The notes below the pieces were generated by a model. That model had not been told where the DNA came from, did no database searches, and was given only the letters and a program-made list of their open reading frames with translations. Both the position numbers and the translations under genes were made by a program. This document shows, one piece after another, positions 46,087-55,590 of a DNA stretch of 60,606 bases. Position 1 is the first letter of the stretch. The number at the start of each line of letters is the position of its first letter. The DNA comes from a virus (taxonomy: Duplodnaviria; Caudoviricetes), in the IMG/VR virus record IMGVR_UViG_3300037506_000247, positions 1 to 60,606 of that record; one strand, given 5' to 3'.

Positions 46087-46467
46087 TCACTCCGCCACGC
46101 CCGGCAGCGCGTCGCGCAGACGAGTCACGTCGCACCAGCGGCGGAACTCGCGGCCGTCGAGGTCGGGCACCTTGTGGAAGTTCGAGACCTCAACCAGCTC
46201 GGCCGGCGCATCCTCGGCCCAGTCCTTGGGGAAGTCGGCCAGCGGTCCGTGCCAGAGCACGCTTGACAGGCCGAGGTCTTCGGCGACGTAAACCTGGGCC
46301 ACAACCGCGGCGGTGTCACCCTGGCCGGTCGAAGTCACGTCTTCGACCCAGCGGCAAGCGATCTCGCGCGGCACGTCGGTCGTCCTGATCCGCCCGTAAC
46401 GGTCATACCGCACCGCGTCGAGAACGACGCAGGAGTCAACCAAGTCGCACTCTTCGACTGGGGGCAT
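46087..46467 (-). CDS. Head-closure (stopper) protein
   Basis: DRYG..EIACRW pattern and position. Start MPPVE. Confidence 0.65.
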   Translation of the reverse strand: MPPVEECDLVDSCVVLDAVRYDRYGRIRTTDVPREIACRWVEDVTSTGQGDTAAVVAQVYVAEDLGLSSVLWHGPLADFPKDWAEDAPAELVEVSNFHKVPDLDGREFRRWCDVTRLRDALPGVAE

Positions 46468-46470
46468 CCG

Positions 46471-46920
46471 TCAATCCCTGTCTCTGTAGGCCGTTTGCTC
46501 GGAAGGCCGGCGGCCCAGCCAGCGCGCCGAGGCGCGGGGCCGCTTGCCGTCAGGTCCGGGCACGAGCGTGATCAGGCAACCGCTGGTGTCCAGCGTCAGC
46601 GCCTCCTGACCGTAGTGGTTCGAGGTCAGGTACATCCCGGCTTGACCCTTGAAGCTGCCCGAAGCGCCGCCCGTGGACTTCGATGCGTACTGTTGATCGG
46701 AGTTCTTGTAGGACCAACAGGCCAGAGCGCGCTCGATCAGCTCCAGCGTGAATCCCTCGCCCGACGGCCACGTGTACCCCTTGTCGGCCGCGCACGAGGC
46801 CACGGCGTCGGTCAGGACCACCGCGGCGTCGATGTACGGTTGAAGGTCCTTGCTGATCCGATAGTCGTTGCCGGCATCGAGCTTCTTCTTGACCAACAAG
46901 CTCGTGGTGCGTTGCGACAT
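46471..46920 (-). CDS. Head-tail adaptor protein
   Basis: LELIERALAC..S..GGAS..YGQEALTLDTSGCL. Confidence 0.7.
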   Translation of the reverse strand: MSQRTTSLLVKKKLDAGNDYRISKDLQPYIDAAVVLTDAVASCAADKGYTWPSGEGFTLELIERALACWSYKNSDQQYASKSTGGASGSFKGQAGMYLTSNHYGQEALTLDTSGCLITLVPGPDGKRPRASARWLGRRPSEQTAYRDRD

Positions 46921-46964
46921 CGAGGAGCCCCCAAGGGTGAGACCGGAAGCGCGGACTTGAACAA

Positions 46965-47522
46965 TCAGGGGACCAACTGCTTTTCGCGCTGCCCACCCTT
47001 GACCGATTCGGTCTTGGGCTGGGCGACGAACTTGCCGCCCTGGACTTGAGCCAGCTTGTCGAGCAGCTCGGCGTTCTGGCGGCGCAGCTCAGCGACTTCG
47101 TCGCTCAGGGCCTTCTCGTTGGCGCGGAAGAACTTGACGGCGTTCGGCCGGTTGTGGTTGAGCTTGCCCGGTCCGACGCCGTCCAGCTCTTGGTGGGACT
47201 TGAACGGTTCGTAGAGAACGCCGGACTTCCTGTGCCGTTCCGGCGTGTCGGGCGCGCCGTAAGTCACACGACGACAGAGCGTAACTTCGTCGTCGGGGGT
47301 CAGAGCCGCCGGCACGGCACGGCGGCCGTCCACGTAGGGATGGAGGGGCGAGCCGTCGAAGATGATGCAGACGCCGCGCGCATCGATCTTCAACTCTTTG
47401 CCGGTTTCGGTCAGGATCGAACCGGCGCGAAGCTCTTTCACCTTGAAAGATGCGCCCTCAACCGGCTCGTCTTGCTCGTGCTGACCGGCCGAGAGAAAAT
47501 AGGGACCGTGGACCAGCCTCAT
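46965..47522 (-). CDS. Hypothetical protein downstream of capsid
   Basis: AGGAG RBS. Confidence 0.6.
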   Translation of the reverse strand: MRLVHGPYFLSAGQHEQDEPVEGASFKVKELRAGSILTETGKELKIDARGVCIIFDGSPLHPYVDGRRAVPAALTPDDEVTLCRRVTYGAPDTPERHRKSGVLYEPFKSHQELDGVGPGKLNHNRPNAVKFFRANEKALSDEVAELRRQNAELLDKLAQVQGGKFVAQPKTESVKGGQREKQLVP

Positions 47523-47556
47523 GATGTTGCTCCTGTGAAAGATGAATCAAACCCGA

Positions 47557-47805
47557 TCAACTCGACTCGATGCAGACCGAATGCAGCTCGCCCTCGGTCG
47601 CGCCAGCTTCAACGCCGCAGCAGCGCACGGTCATGCCGTTCTTGAGGTCCGAAAGGCGAGCCGGCTGCCAGTCCGGCCACTTGCTTCTGAGCACCTTGCC
47701 GGAATTGGCCAGGCGGAACTCGCGCTCGTACCTGCCCTTGTCATCCTTCGCACCGAAGAACAACTTTCGGCCGGACACACCCGCCAGTTTTCCCTTGAAC
47801 GCCAT
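47557..47805 (-). CDS. Hypothetical protein
   Basis: GGGGG RBS, start MAFKGK. Confidence 0.55.
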   Translation of the reverse strand: MAFKGKLAGVSGRKLFFGAKDDKGRYEREFRLANSGKVLRSKWPDWQPARLSDLKNGMTVRCCGVEAGATEGELHSVCIESS

Positions 47806-47820
47806 CGTGGGTTCCCCCAG

Positions 47821-47859
47821 AAAAAAGGAACTGGCGGGCATGCCCGGCCGAGGCTAGTT
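47821..47859 (-). terminator. Probable terminator after the capsid gene
   Basis: Hairpin containing CGGGCATGCCCG followed by TTTTTT on the minus strand. Confidence 0.5.
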
Positions 47860-47900
47860 GCGAACCCGCCTCGACGCTTGAACGCGGCCCCGCCGATCCA

Positions 47901-49109
47901 TCAACTCGTGGTTCCGTGAACGATGGCGCTGTTGGTGCTGTACTCGGCCAACATCTGCGGCACCTGGATCGCCCACACCTTGAAGTTGTGCCGCATGCCG
48001 CCCATCGAATCCCACTGAAGGACCGTCGGCGCTTGACCGTCGATGGCTCGCCCGGCCTTGGACCAATCGACCAGGATGATGACGAAGCTGCCGCTGAGAC
48101 GCGGCAGCACCTTGGCCGACTTGATGTTGTCCATCTTCTTCACGCGGTCGGCCAGGGTCAGCGCGGGACTGGCGGCCCAGTTCGAGCCGTTCGTGAAGGC
48201 ATAATCCTGGACCAGGAATTCGTTCCAGTCGCGCGAGAAGTAACAGTCGAATGGCCCATAGAAAGCATTGCCGTTCAAAGTCTGGATCATGTCGGCGATG
48301 TCGGCAATCGTCGCCTGCGGGTTGGAGCCGGTCGGCACGGTCACGTTGGTCTTGGTGGACCGATACGTGAAGTTGGTCATGCCGTAGACGGTCGAAGTGC
48401 CCTGGTGCGCATGCGAGCCGGCCGATTGCGTACCGTAGGTCGGCCCGGTGACGGTGCCGATGGTCGTGTCTTCGATGGTTTCCGAGACGCGCTGGGTCAT
48501 CGCTTCGGCGGTCAACGAATCCACCGGCTCCGAGCTATTGCCGCTGATCGCCATGAAGCGGTCGGAGAAATGAAAGTCGGCATGCGTGCAGAGCAACGGG
48601 GTAGCGCGGCTCAGGAACAGGGGCTGATCGTGCCGGCCCTGGGCCATCAGGTCGAGGTCCACCACGGCCTCGCCGGGGTCGCTCATGGCCTGATACTCCA
48701 GGTATATCCGGCCGTAAGCGTCGAAGCCGCCGTACGAGTTGGCGCTGCGCAGATCCTCCCAGGCGACTAGCGGCTGGCGCGACGCCTTGACGACTGCCTT
48801 GTCGATCTCGGCCCATTGCTCCGGGCGGAGCGTGGCGGCGTTGAGCGTCCAGACCGGCACGTCGCGCCGACCCTGGTTGAGCAGGTCCATGATCCGGTAG
48901 CTGCGCCGGATGGGAGTCCTGACGCCCTTCTCGCGCGTCCACTGTCCGGTGTTGAGCAGCACGCGCTGGTGCCCGTCGCGGCCGATGAACGGCCGACGCA
49001 CGTCGCGGAAGGACGAGCTCAGGATGCGGGTGTTCGCCGAAAGGCCGCCCTCGCGGACCATCGGTCCGCTGTTGAGCCTCGGATCGCCGACGTTCTGATC
49101 GACCAACAT
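47901..49109 (-). CDS. Major capsid protein (HK97 fold, Linocin-M18-like)
   Basis: LRPEQWAEIDKAV..LVAWEDL, TPL..HADF, FYGPF, FKVWAIQVP. Confidence 0.85.
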   Translation of the reverse strand: MLVDQNVGDPRLNSGPMVREGGLSANTRILSSSFRDVRRPFIGRDGHQRVLLNTGQWTREKGVRTPIRRSYRIMDLLNQGRRDVPVWTLNAATLRPEQWAEIDKAVVKASRQPLVAWEDLRSANSYGGFDAYGRIYLEYQAMSDPGEAVVDLDLMAQGRHDQPLFLSRATPLLCTHADFHFSDRFMAISGNSSEPVDSLTAEAMTQRVSETIEDTTIGTVTGPTYGTQSAGSHAHQGTSTVYGMTNFTYRSTKTNVTVPTGSNPQATIADIADMIQTLNGNAFYGPFDCYFSRDWNEFLVQDYAFTNGSNWAASPALTLADRVKKMDNIKSAKVLPRLSGSFVIILVDWSKAGRAIDGQAPTVLQWDSMGGMRHNFKVWAIQVPQMLAEYSTNSAIVHGTTS

Positions 49110-49202
49110 GGTTGAATCTCCCTTGTGAATGCCTGTGGCTCTTGCCGCTCCGCGCCGCCTTACTCCTGAAAAATCGAAAGCCCTCGCGCTTCTCCCAGCC
49201 GA

Positions 49203-49697
49203 CTAACCCTTGCCCTGCCAGACGCACCAGGCCAACGTGTCGGCCGTGGGGTCGGTGATCGTTTCCAGGAGCTGCGCTACCTCGTCCTCCGGCGAGCCGG
49301 CCGTGGCGATGAATTTGCCGGTGGTGTCGTCGATGATGAGAATCTCACCCTTGGTGTGGTCGTCGCCAGTGCCGGCGAGGTTGAGGATCAAGAGGTTGTA
49401 CTCATCCCCGTGGCGCGGCACGACCATGAAGCAGCGCTCACCGGCCGCATAGGCGTCCGAAACAGTCCTGCCCTGGTACTTGTCTTCAACCAGGAGATAA
49501 TACGGCCCCTTGGGATTCGCGCCGTCGGCGTCGGCGTTGTAGATCTCAACCGTGTGCCGGCCTCCCTGGAGCGCGGTCGCCGACTGCTTCTGGACGATGG
49601 TCCCCGGCTTTGGGGTCTCGCCGGAGGCGATGATCCCCTCGATCAAGGACTCGTTGTCGTAGTTTTGAGTCACCAGGATGCTGTTGCCCTTGGCCAT
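49203..49697 (-). CDS. Capsid decoration/cement protein
   Basis: Between protease and capsid genes. QGRTVSDAYAAGE pattern. Confidence 0.7.
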   Translation of the reverse strand: MAKGNSILVTQNYDNESLIEGIIASGETPKPGTIVQKQSATALQGGRHTVEIYNADADGANPKGPYYLLVEDKYQGRTVSDAYAAGERCFMVVPRHGDEYNLLILNLAGTGDDHTKGEILIIDDTTGKFIATAGSPEDEVAQLLETITDPTADTLAWCVWQGKG

Positions 49698-49835
49698 GGC
49701 CTGCTCTCCAATCGTGCTTGAGTTCGTGGTCCGTTGCGCGCTTCGTCAATGTTGATCGCGCGCGTCTGTCATCATCAAAAATCGGGGAGGCGGGAGGAGT
49801 GCCGTCTGCCCGCCTCCCCCGGCGCTGCGGTGATC

Positions 49836-51614
49836 TCACATCTTGCCGTCCATGAAGGCGATGTCCTCGGCGTCAGCCGCGGCGTCGTCGGCGTTGACCG
49901 TCGGTCCGGACGCCAGCGAGAAGTCGAAACCGCGCGCCGACTCGTTCACAACCGGCGGCAGGTCGGCCGCGCGGTCGCGCAGCTCATCGAGCGTCATCCG
50001 GAACAGGCGCTCGCCGCGCTCTTTCCGCTTGGCCGGTGCGACGTTGGCGATCAGCCGGCCGATCAACTCATACCTCTCCATAAGGCAGTTGCGAACGGAC
50101 GCCGGCGCGTTGGCCAGCCACTGAGCCTCGGTCACCTTCTTGCTGTTGCCGTTCGCGTTGGTCGCCATCTCTTCCTCATCCTCGTCTTCCATATTGGCCG
50201 CGCCAGCCGACATCTCCTCCGAGGGTGGAGGCGGCGGGGCCGAGGGTGTGCCCCCCAGCTTGCTGCTGATGTCGTCGAGCGCGCTCTTGAGCGCCGCCGC
50301 GAACCCGACCGGGTCTGAGCGCGGATCGATGTCGATCTGCAAGAGCTGCGCGAGCTTGGTCCAGGGCACGCCAGGCACCGCCTCGCCTTCGCCCTCAGCG
50401 TTCGTAGTTGTCCCCAGCTTCCTGCCCGACTTCAAGCTGTTGACCACCAGCGTGATTTGATGAGCGTTGTGGATGGACTCGAGCTGCTCGTCGTCGAGCG
50501 CGTTCAACGCCTTGTCCTTGCCCTTGTGGCAGTCGCAGTTGGTCGTGAGATCGCGGACGATGAAGGCCCGCTGGTTTGCCGTGAGTGTCATCTTGCTTCT
50601 CCGCTTGTTGGAGGTTGATCGATTCCTCTTGGCGTTCCGAGCGTTCAAAATCGCCTCGAAGTCGACATCGGCCCAGGCGTTCGCCGTTTTCCCACAGGCA
50701 GCACCGAACATGCCGCGCTGCTCGTCGGTCAAGGCCCGGCCATTGGCCTCGCCGTCTTCGAGGATTTCGCAGGCCTTGCCAGGGTCGATGTTCGAGGATG
50801 GCAGCGCCGACTCGTTTGAGGTGACGCCGAGGAGCTGGCCGAGCCGCTGCCAGATGGTGCGCTTGTCGTTAGTGGTTTTAACAACCCTCATAGACCCCTC
50901 ACCGAACCCACTGGATGAAGACACGGCTTCGATGAATGACTCAGACGAACCTTCTTTGCCGCTAGAACCTTCCCCGCACGGTCTGCCCCAACACATTCGC
51001 GCGTTGACGTTGACTCCGCAACCGTCCTCGACCGAGCACGCGCCTTTCTCGTCGGGCAACACAGCCACGTGGTCGGGGCGGTAGGGCTGACGCGCGATCC
51101 AGGCATGGTGATCACCGTTGGCGGCGCGGCCTGCAGTCTTCTCTTTCACGGGGTCAAGGCCGGTCGAGAGGTCGATGGGTTGGGCGTTCAAGAGCTTGGG
51201 CAAAAGCGGCGCGACGCCCTGAGACTTGAGCTTCAAGTCGGAGTTCTTGACACGCTCCACATCGAACCACAGCTCGGCTAAGAGCTTGCCGTCCTTGGCC
51301 TCGGCGTGCCAGACGTTGCCGATCCCCCACTCTTGGATGATCTCCGGACTGCGCGCCGAGACGTGAACCCACTCGTCGCGGCCGGTCTGTTCGTGCCGGA
51401 CCTTGGTGCGGGGATGGCGGACAACGATGGGCATGCCGTTCCACTCATCTACGTGCGCCCGGTTCTCGACCTCCTCGGCCGGGTAGAAACCCGGACCCTG
51501 GGAGCCGTCGAGCACCAAGTCGGAGCGCAAAAGCACGGCCGGGGCAACGATGAAGTCCCTCCCGTGGAGAGTCTCGCGCCGGGCCGCGCCGGCATTGCTG
51601 ATGATGGTTTCCAT
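49836..51614 (-). CDS. Head maturation protease/scaffold (DUF2213-like)
   Basis: WNGMPIVVRHP, LSTG, PDHVAVLPDEKGACSVEDGCG. Confidence 0.85.
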   Translation of the reverse strand: METIISNAGAARRETLHGRDFIVAPAVLLRSDLVLDGSQGPGFYPAEEVENRAHVDEWNGMPIVVRHPRTKVRHEQTGRDEWVHVSARSPEIIQEWGIGNVWHAEAKDGKLLAELWFDVERVKNSDLKLKSQGVAPLLPKLLNAQPIDLSTGLDPVKEKTAGRAANGDHHAWIARQPYRPDHVAVLPDEKGACSVEDGCGVNVNARMCWGRPCGEGSSGKEGSSESFIEAVSSSSGFGEGSMRVVKTTNDKRTIWQRLGQLLGVTSNESALPSSNIDPGKACEILEDGEANGRALTDEQRGMFGAACGKTANAWADVDFEAILNARNAKRNRSTSNKRRSKMTLTANQRAFIVRDLTTNCDCHKGKDKALNALDDEQLESIHNAHQITLVVNSLKSGRKLGTTTNAEGEGEAVPGVPWTKLAQLLQIDIDPRSDPVGFAAALKSALDDISSKLGGTPSAPPPPPSEEMSAGAANMEDEDEEEMATNANGNSKKVTEAQWLANAPASVRNCLMERYELIGRLIANVAPAKRKERGERLFRMTLDELRDRAADLPPVVNESARGFDFSLASGPTVNADDAAADAEDIAFMDGKM

Positions 51615-51677
51615 CTGCCACTAAATTAAGCGGCGCGTGGAAATGTGAAAAGGTCGATTTGGAGCGCTTAAAGGGGC

Positions 51678-51962
51678 TTAACTACGGCCGTCACAGGGGT
51701 CGGCCACGAGGCGGACTTTCTGGTAGTAGCGCTTGCCGGCCACGACGCGGAGCATGATCTCCTGGCCGGCCGGCAGCTTCTTGCGCAGGTTGGAGATGTG
51801 CGCCTGCACTGCCGAGCCGTTGCCGGAGCTGTTCTGCACGCTCTGCTCGTCCCAGAGCAGCGCGTGCAGTTCGGCCGGCGTGTGTCCGTGCCAGTCGTCG
51901 AGCAGGTCGTTGAACCGCCGCTCGGTCGGAGTCAAGTTGGCTCGCACGGCAACGCCCTCCAA
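51678..51962 (-). CDS. OmpR/PhoB-type winged-helix DNA-binding protein
   Basis: LTPTE..LL..EL..LW..VQAHISNLRKKL. Confidence 0.75.
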   Translation of the reverse strand: MEGVAVRANLTPTERRFNDLLDDWHGHTPAELHALLWDEQSVQNSSGNGSAVQAHISNLRKKLPAGQEIMLRVVAGKRYYQKVRLVADPCDGRS

Positions 51963-51969
51963 CCAAGTC

Positions 51970-52971
51970 TCACAGACCGGACCTCCCCAAAGCGGCGTCG
52001 GCCCGCGCGCCGCGCTTCTGCCCGCGCTTGTCCTCGCCGACGTTCGCAGGCACGTAAGCGCAGCGGCAGTTCGGATGGCGAGGAAGCAGGCCTCTCGCTT
52101 CCTCGATGGACAAGACCACGCCCTCGAGCGGGCGGCAGAGCGGACACACGGCCGAGTCGCCGGCCGTGCTCCATTCGACCATCACACCCAGCGCGTCCAC
52201 GCCCATTTCCTCCAGTGCATCGAGTTGGCCCTCGGTGTAAGCGCGGCTGATCTCGGTGCGCGAGATGGCTTCGGCGCGGCCCAAGCCAATGTCCACGTCC
52301 TCGGCCAGAGCGCGGGCGATCTCGACTGAGTGCTCACCCCGTGCCATGCCGTCAGTCAGCGTGCGGCGGATGCGCGCGGCCATCTGCTCGGTAACGCCCT
52401 TCAAGTCCTCGAAGGTCCGCGAGGCGAGCAACTTCAGCTTTTCGACTGCCACGGGACGGTTGAACGCGCTTCGCAGAAACTCCTCGCGCGACCCCTCGTA
52501 AAAGTCGCGCAGGCTTTCCTGCCGCTCCGGGAGAAACAACTCCGGTCTCTCTTTGCGCAACTGAGACTGACGCACGTCGGTCCACGACCGTCCCGCGCCT
52601 TGCCGCCAGGCTTCCTCGGAGAACTTCCGCCACAGGTCGTCCTCGCTCCTGCCGATCAGCTCGCTCCGCAAGCGGCGCGCGAGCCAGGTCTGGAACTGCT
52701 TGAGCGCGTCGGCGGTCGAGAGGAACGACCAGCGACCGGCGTTGCGGATTCCCCGCCCGGCGTTCGCCAGCGCGATTCGCCCGGCCGCGTTTGCGGCCAA
52801 CCCGAACGCATCTTCCACTCTGACCAACTCCACCAACTCGGTCTTGATCCGCCGAAAGCGGCGGCGCAGCTCGCGCAGGAACTCGCGGCGCAGTGGTCCG
52901 GTCCGCGTCGGGTCCGAGCGGTCGGGGTTCCACGAAGAGGAACGCCTGGCGTTGAGCGTCGCGACGGTCAT
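51970..52971 (-). CDS. Head morphogenesis protein (Mu gpF/SPP1 gp7 family)
   Basis: DPTRT, RAEAISRTE, WSTAGD..VCPLC, PRHPNCRC. Confidence 0.9.
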   Translation of the reverse strand: MTVATLNARRSSSWNPDRSDPTRTGPLRREFLRELRRRFRRIKTELVELVRVEDAFGLAANAAGRIALANAGRGIRNAGRWSFLSTADALKQFQTWLARRLRSELIGRSEDDLWRKFSEEAWRQGAGRSWTDVRQSQLRKERPELFLPERQESLRDFYEGSREEFLRSAFNRPVAVEKLKLLASRTFEDLKGVTEQMAARIRRTLTDGMARGEHSVEIARALAEDVDIGLGRAEAISRTEISRAYTEGQLDALEEMGVDALGVMVEWSTAGDSAVCPLCRPLEGVVLSIEEARGLLPRHPNCRCAYVPANVGEDKRGQKRGARADAALGRSGL

Positions 52972-55148
52972 GGTTTGACCAAGGTCCTCTGCTGAGTTTC
53001 TTCCACGTCTCTGCGCTCCGGCTTGACGCGCGTCGGTGTGTCCACGACCGCCGCCGACCGCGACCTGTGAGCCTCGGCGCGCTTGCCATGCCAGCGCGCC
53101 GTTGCCAGCGCGGTTTCGTCGCCGGTGTCGAGGAACTTGTCGAAGTGCTCTTTGGCAGCAGTCTTGTGCGCGTCGGCGGCCTCGGCGTGGTGTTCCGGCC
53201 GGCCCGAAGCCTCGGCCCGCTTGGAGTGGACTTCGGCGCGGGTGGACGACACGTTGCTGCGGCCCGACCCAGCCGCGCCTTCCGGGCAGGGCTTGCCCCA
53301 GCAAAGACGATCGTTGTCAAGCGGCTCGTCCGTCGATGAGACGTTCAAGGCGCTCGACTCGACGACGCTGCTTGCGGTGTCATCACTCAATGCGTCCGAG
53401 GTGTGTTCCATCTCAACCACCTCACCGTCGTCCCGCGGCACGGCGATCGGCGGTTCTCCGTGCGTGTCTTGCTCCGCCCCCATCGCGTTGCTCACGATCC
53501 GCAGCGCCTCTTCATCCTTGTAGCCCAGCTCGCGCGTCAAGTAGTCGAACCAAGTCATACCCTGCGCTACCGACCCCTGCCAGTACTGAGCCATGGCCGA
53601 GGTTCGCGACTGGGCCACGCGCGAACGCTGCTCGGCCGACATCGAAGTAATGTCGGGCCAGAACACGCGCAGGCCCTTCGGCTCTTCCGGCGGCCGCAGA
53701 ACGCCGTACCAACACAGGCGGTTGACCATGGGCCGCAGCAAGCCCGGTGTCACATACCCCTTTTCATAGTGGATCACCTGGTCATTCCACGAGTCGTCAT
53801 CCTGCGCCGAGGATAACTCGCCGCGCTCGCTGCCCTTGAGGATTCGCACCGGCATGCGTTTCTTCATGGCGATGGCCTCGAGGTGAAGGTTGACCTGCGC
53901 GGTCGGATCAGCAACCGCGCCGCCGACGGTTCTGGCTGTCATGCCGGTCATGACTCCGGCCTTCTGAAGGCCGTTCATCATTTCCTCGATCATGTCACGC
54001 AGCGCTTCGTCGTCCACGTCCACGTCGCCGCCCAGTTGCGGGTGCGTCTCCAAGAACAAATAGGGAAAGCAGTGCTTCCAGAATCCCTCCGGCCCGCCGT
54101 GATAGAGTTTCTGCAAGGCCAGCACGTTGTTGAGTACAGTCTGGCAGCGCGGTACACCGAACACCTGGCTGCTGCCGTAGGTGTGCACCGTGTCCACCAC
54201 GTGCTGCACGCGAGTCCAATGAACGCGCTCAGTGGCGACTGGCAAGCCCGTCCCCCAAACCGGATTGCGCGGGTCTTGGAATGTCACATGGTAGGCAGTC
54301 GGCATGCCGAAGCGCGGCGATCGCTTGTTGACCTCGAAACTGGCAATCCTGACCATCGATTCCGGGAAGGCATTCATGTAGCCGAGCTTGCGGCCTTCGG
54401 TCCGCGCCATCAGTCTGGGGTTGTCTGGTGTGGCCAAGTTGAGCGTGTAGCGCGGGTCGGCCGACTTGTTGACCGTGAAGGCCGGCTGACCGCCTTCGTC
54501 CAAGACGGGCTTGCCGTCCTTGTCCACAAGCATCTCGCCCTCGACCGACCCCTGCTCGTCGATCCCCGGCACCGGCTTGTCCCACCCCAGGCCGTCGTCC
54601 AGTCCGTAAACGATCGCGCCGAAGCGGGCGATGCCGCTGAGCGCGTTGGCGCGCTCCAGCACTTCCAACACCGGCGATCCTTCATCCTCGCCGAAGTGAT
54701 CGGGCAGACCGCCGGAGCGCATCGACGCGCCCAGCTCGCGCCAGGCCTTCTCCCAGGCGGTCGTGACCTTGCCGCGCTCGCGCTCGTAGATTTCCGGCGT
54801 TACTTGCCAGGCGTAGCGAACCATGGCCTCGTTGACCGTGGCGGCCACGGCATCACGGTCGTGAAGAATCTGCCAGCGCTGAGGCGACACGAATCTCGTG
54901 GCCGGATAGCCGCACTCGTCCCAGACGCTCCTGCGCGGATCAAGGTCATCCTCGCCGCCTGACTCCAGCCAGGTCGCCCGCGCCGTGAACGGCCCCGCGT
55001 TGGCGACCGGTCCGCGGGATGCCAAGCCGGCAAGCGGGTTTCGGTTGGCGACCACCTCGGCCACGAGGCGCTGCACGCGCTTGGCCATGATGAGATCGCT
55101 GTGAACCCGCTGCGCACGGTGATCGTGCCGCCCGTTGCTCGCATTCAC
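52968..55148 (-). CDS. Portal protein (DUF1073-like) with C-terminal extension
   Basis: SPRFGMPTAY, RVHWTRVQH, MPVRILKGSERGELSSAQD. Confidence 0.88.
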   Translation of the reverse strand: MNASNGRHDHRAQRVHSDLIMAKRVQRLVAEVVANRNPLAGLASRGPVANAGPFTARATWLESGGEDDLDPRRSVWDECGYPATRFVSPQRWQILHDRDAVAATVNEAMVRYAWQVTPEIYERERGKVTTAWEKAWRELGASMRSGGLPDHFGEDEGSPVLEVLERANALSGIARFGAIVYGLDDGLGWDKPVPGIDEQGSVEGEMLVDKDGKPVLDEGGQPAFTVNKSADPRYTLNLATPDNPRLMARTEGRKLGYMNAFPESMVRIASFEVNKRSPRFGMPTAYHVTFQDPRNPVWGTGLPVATERVHWTRVQHVVDTVHTYGSSQVFGVPRCQTVLNNVLALQKLYHGGPEGFWKHCFPYLFLETHPQLGGDVDVDDEALRDMIEEMMNGLQKAGVMTGMTARTVGGAVADPTAQVNLHLEAIAMKKRMPVRILKGSERGELSSAQDDDSWNDQVIHYEKGYVTPGLLRPMVNRLCWYGVLRPPEEPKGLRVFWPDITSMSAEQRSRVAQSRTSAMAQYWQGSVAQGMTWFDYLTRELGYKDEEALRIVSNAMGAEQDTHGEPPIAVPRDDGEVVEMEHTSDALSDDTASSVVESSALNVSSTDEPLDNDRLCWGKPCPEGAAGSGRSNVSSTRAEVHSKRAEASGRPEHHAEAADAHKTAAKEHFDKFLDTGDETALATARWHGKRAEAHRSRSAAVVDTPTRVKPERRDVEETQQRTLVKP

Positions 55149-55176
55149 CGAATCACCCCTTCCCGCTCCTGACTCA

Positions 55177-55590
55177 TCACACTCCCCCGATCATCTTGAG
55201 TCGGTTGCCGGTGACCAGCCCGCGCCCGCCCAGCCCCAGGTCCTTGCCCAGCCAAGTTGCGTAGACGTTCATCGCCTTCAGCGCGTTGGTCAAGCGCCGA
55301 TAGCCGGGGTCGATCCGCAGCACGGCGTCGTGCCGGCGCTGGAGCGCGTCGGCGAAGCGGCGCAGCTCGTCGGTCAACCGCCGCGGCGCAAACCCCAGCG
55401 CCGCAACGTCGCCGGGCCGCAGTTGCCGCAAATCCACGCCCGCTTGAGTCGCGTACTTACCCAGCGCGTCGAGCATCCGAGCCAGCTTGAGCCGCGCCGG
55501 ATCGACGGCCGTCAGCGCGTCGCGGCACTCCTCGGAGTCGAGCATGTCCGCGAAGTCGCGGATGATGTCAGCCACGGGTCGCTGCCGCAT
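55177..55590 (-). CDS. Hypothetical protein
   Basis: GGAGG RBS. Confidence 0.6.
   Translation of the reverse strand: MRQRPVADIIRDFADMLDSEECRDALTAVDPARLKLARMLDALGKYATQAGVDLRQLRPGDVAALGFAPRRLTDELRRFADALQRRHDAVLRIDPGYRRLTNALKAMNVYATWLGKDLGLGGRGLVTGNRLKMIGGV

Noticed and set aside
47901-49109. Encapsulin/bacteriocin call for the Linocin-like protein
   Set aside because: It sits in a portal-protease-decoration-adaptor head module, so it is the major capsid protein.
52968-55148. Anti-CBASS Acb1 call sometimes attached to DUF1073 proteins
   Set aside because: I saw no paired HxT phosphoesterase motifs in the C-terminal extension. Position and motifs fit a portal.
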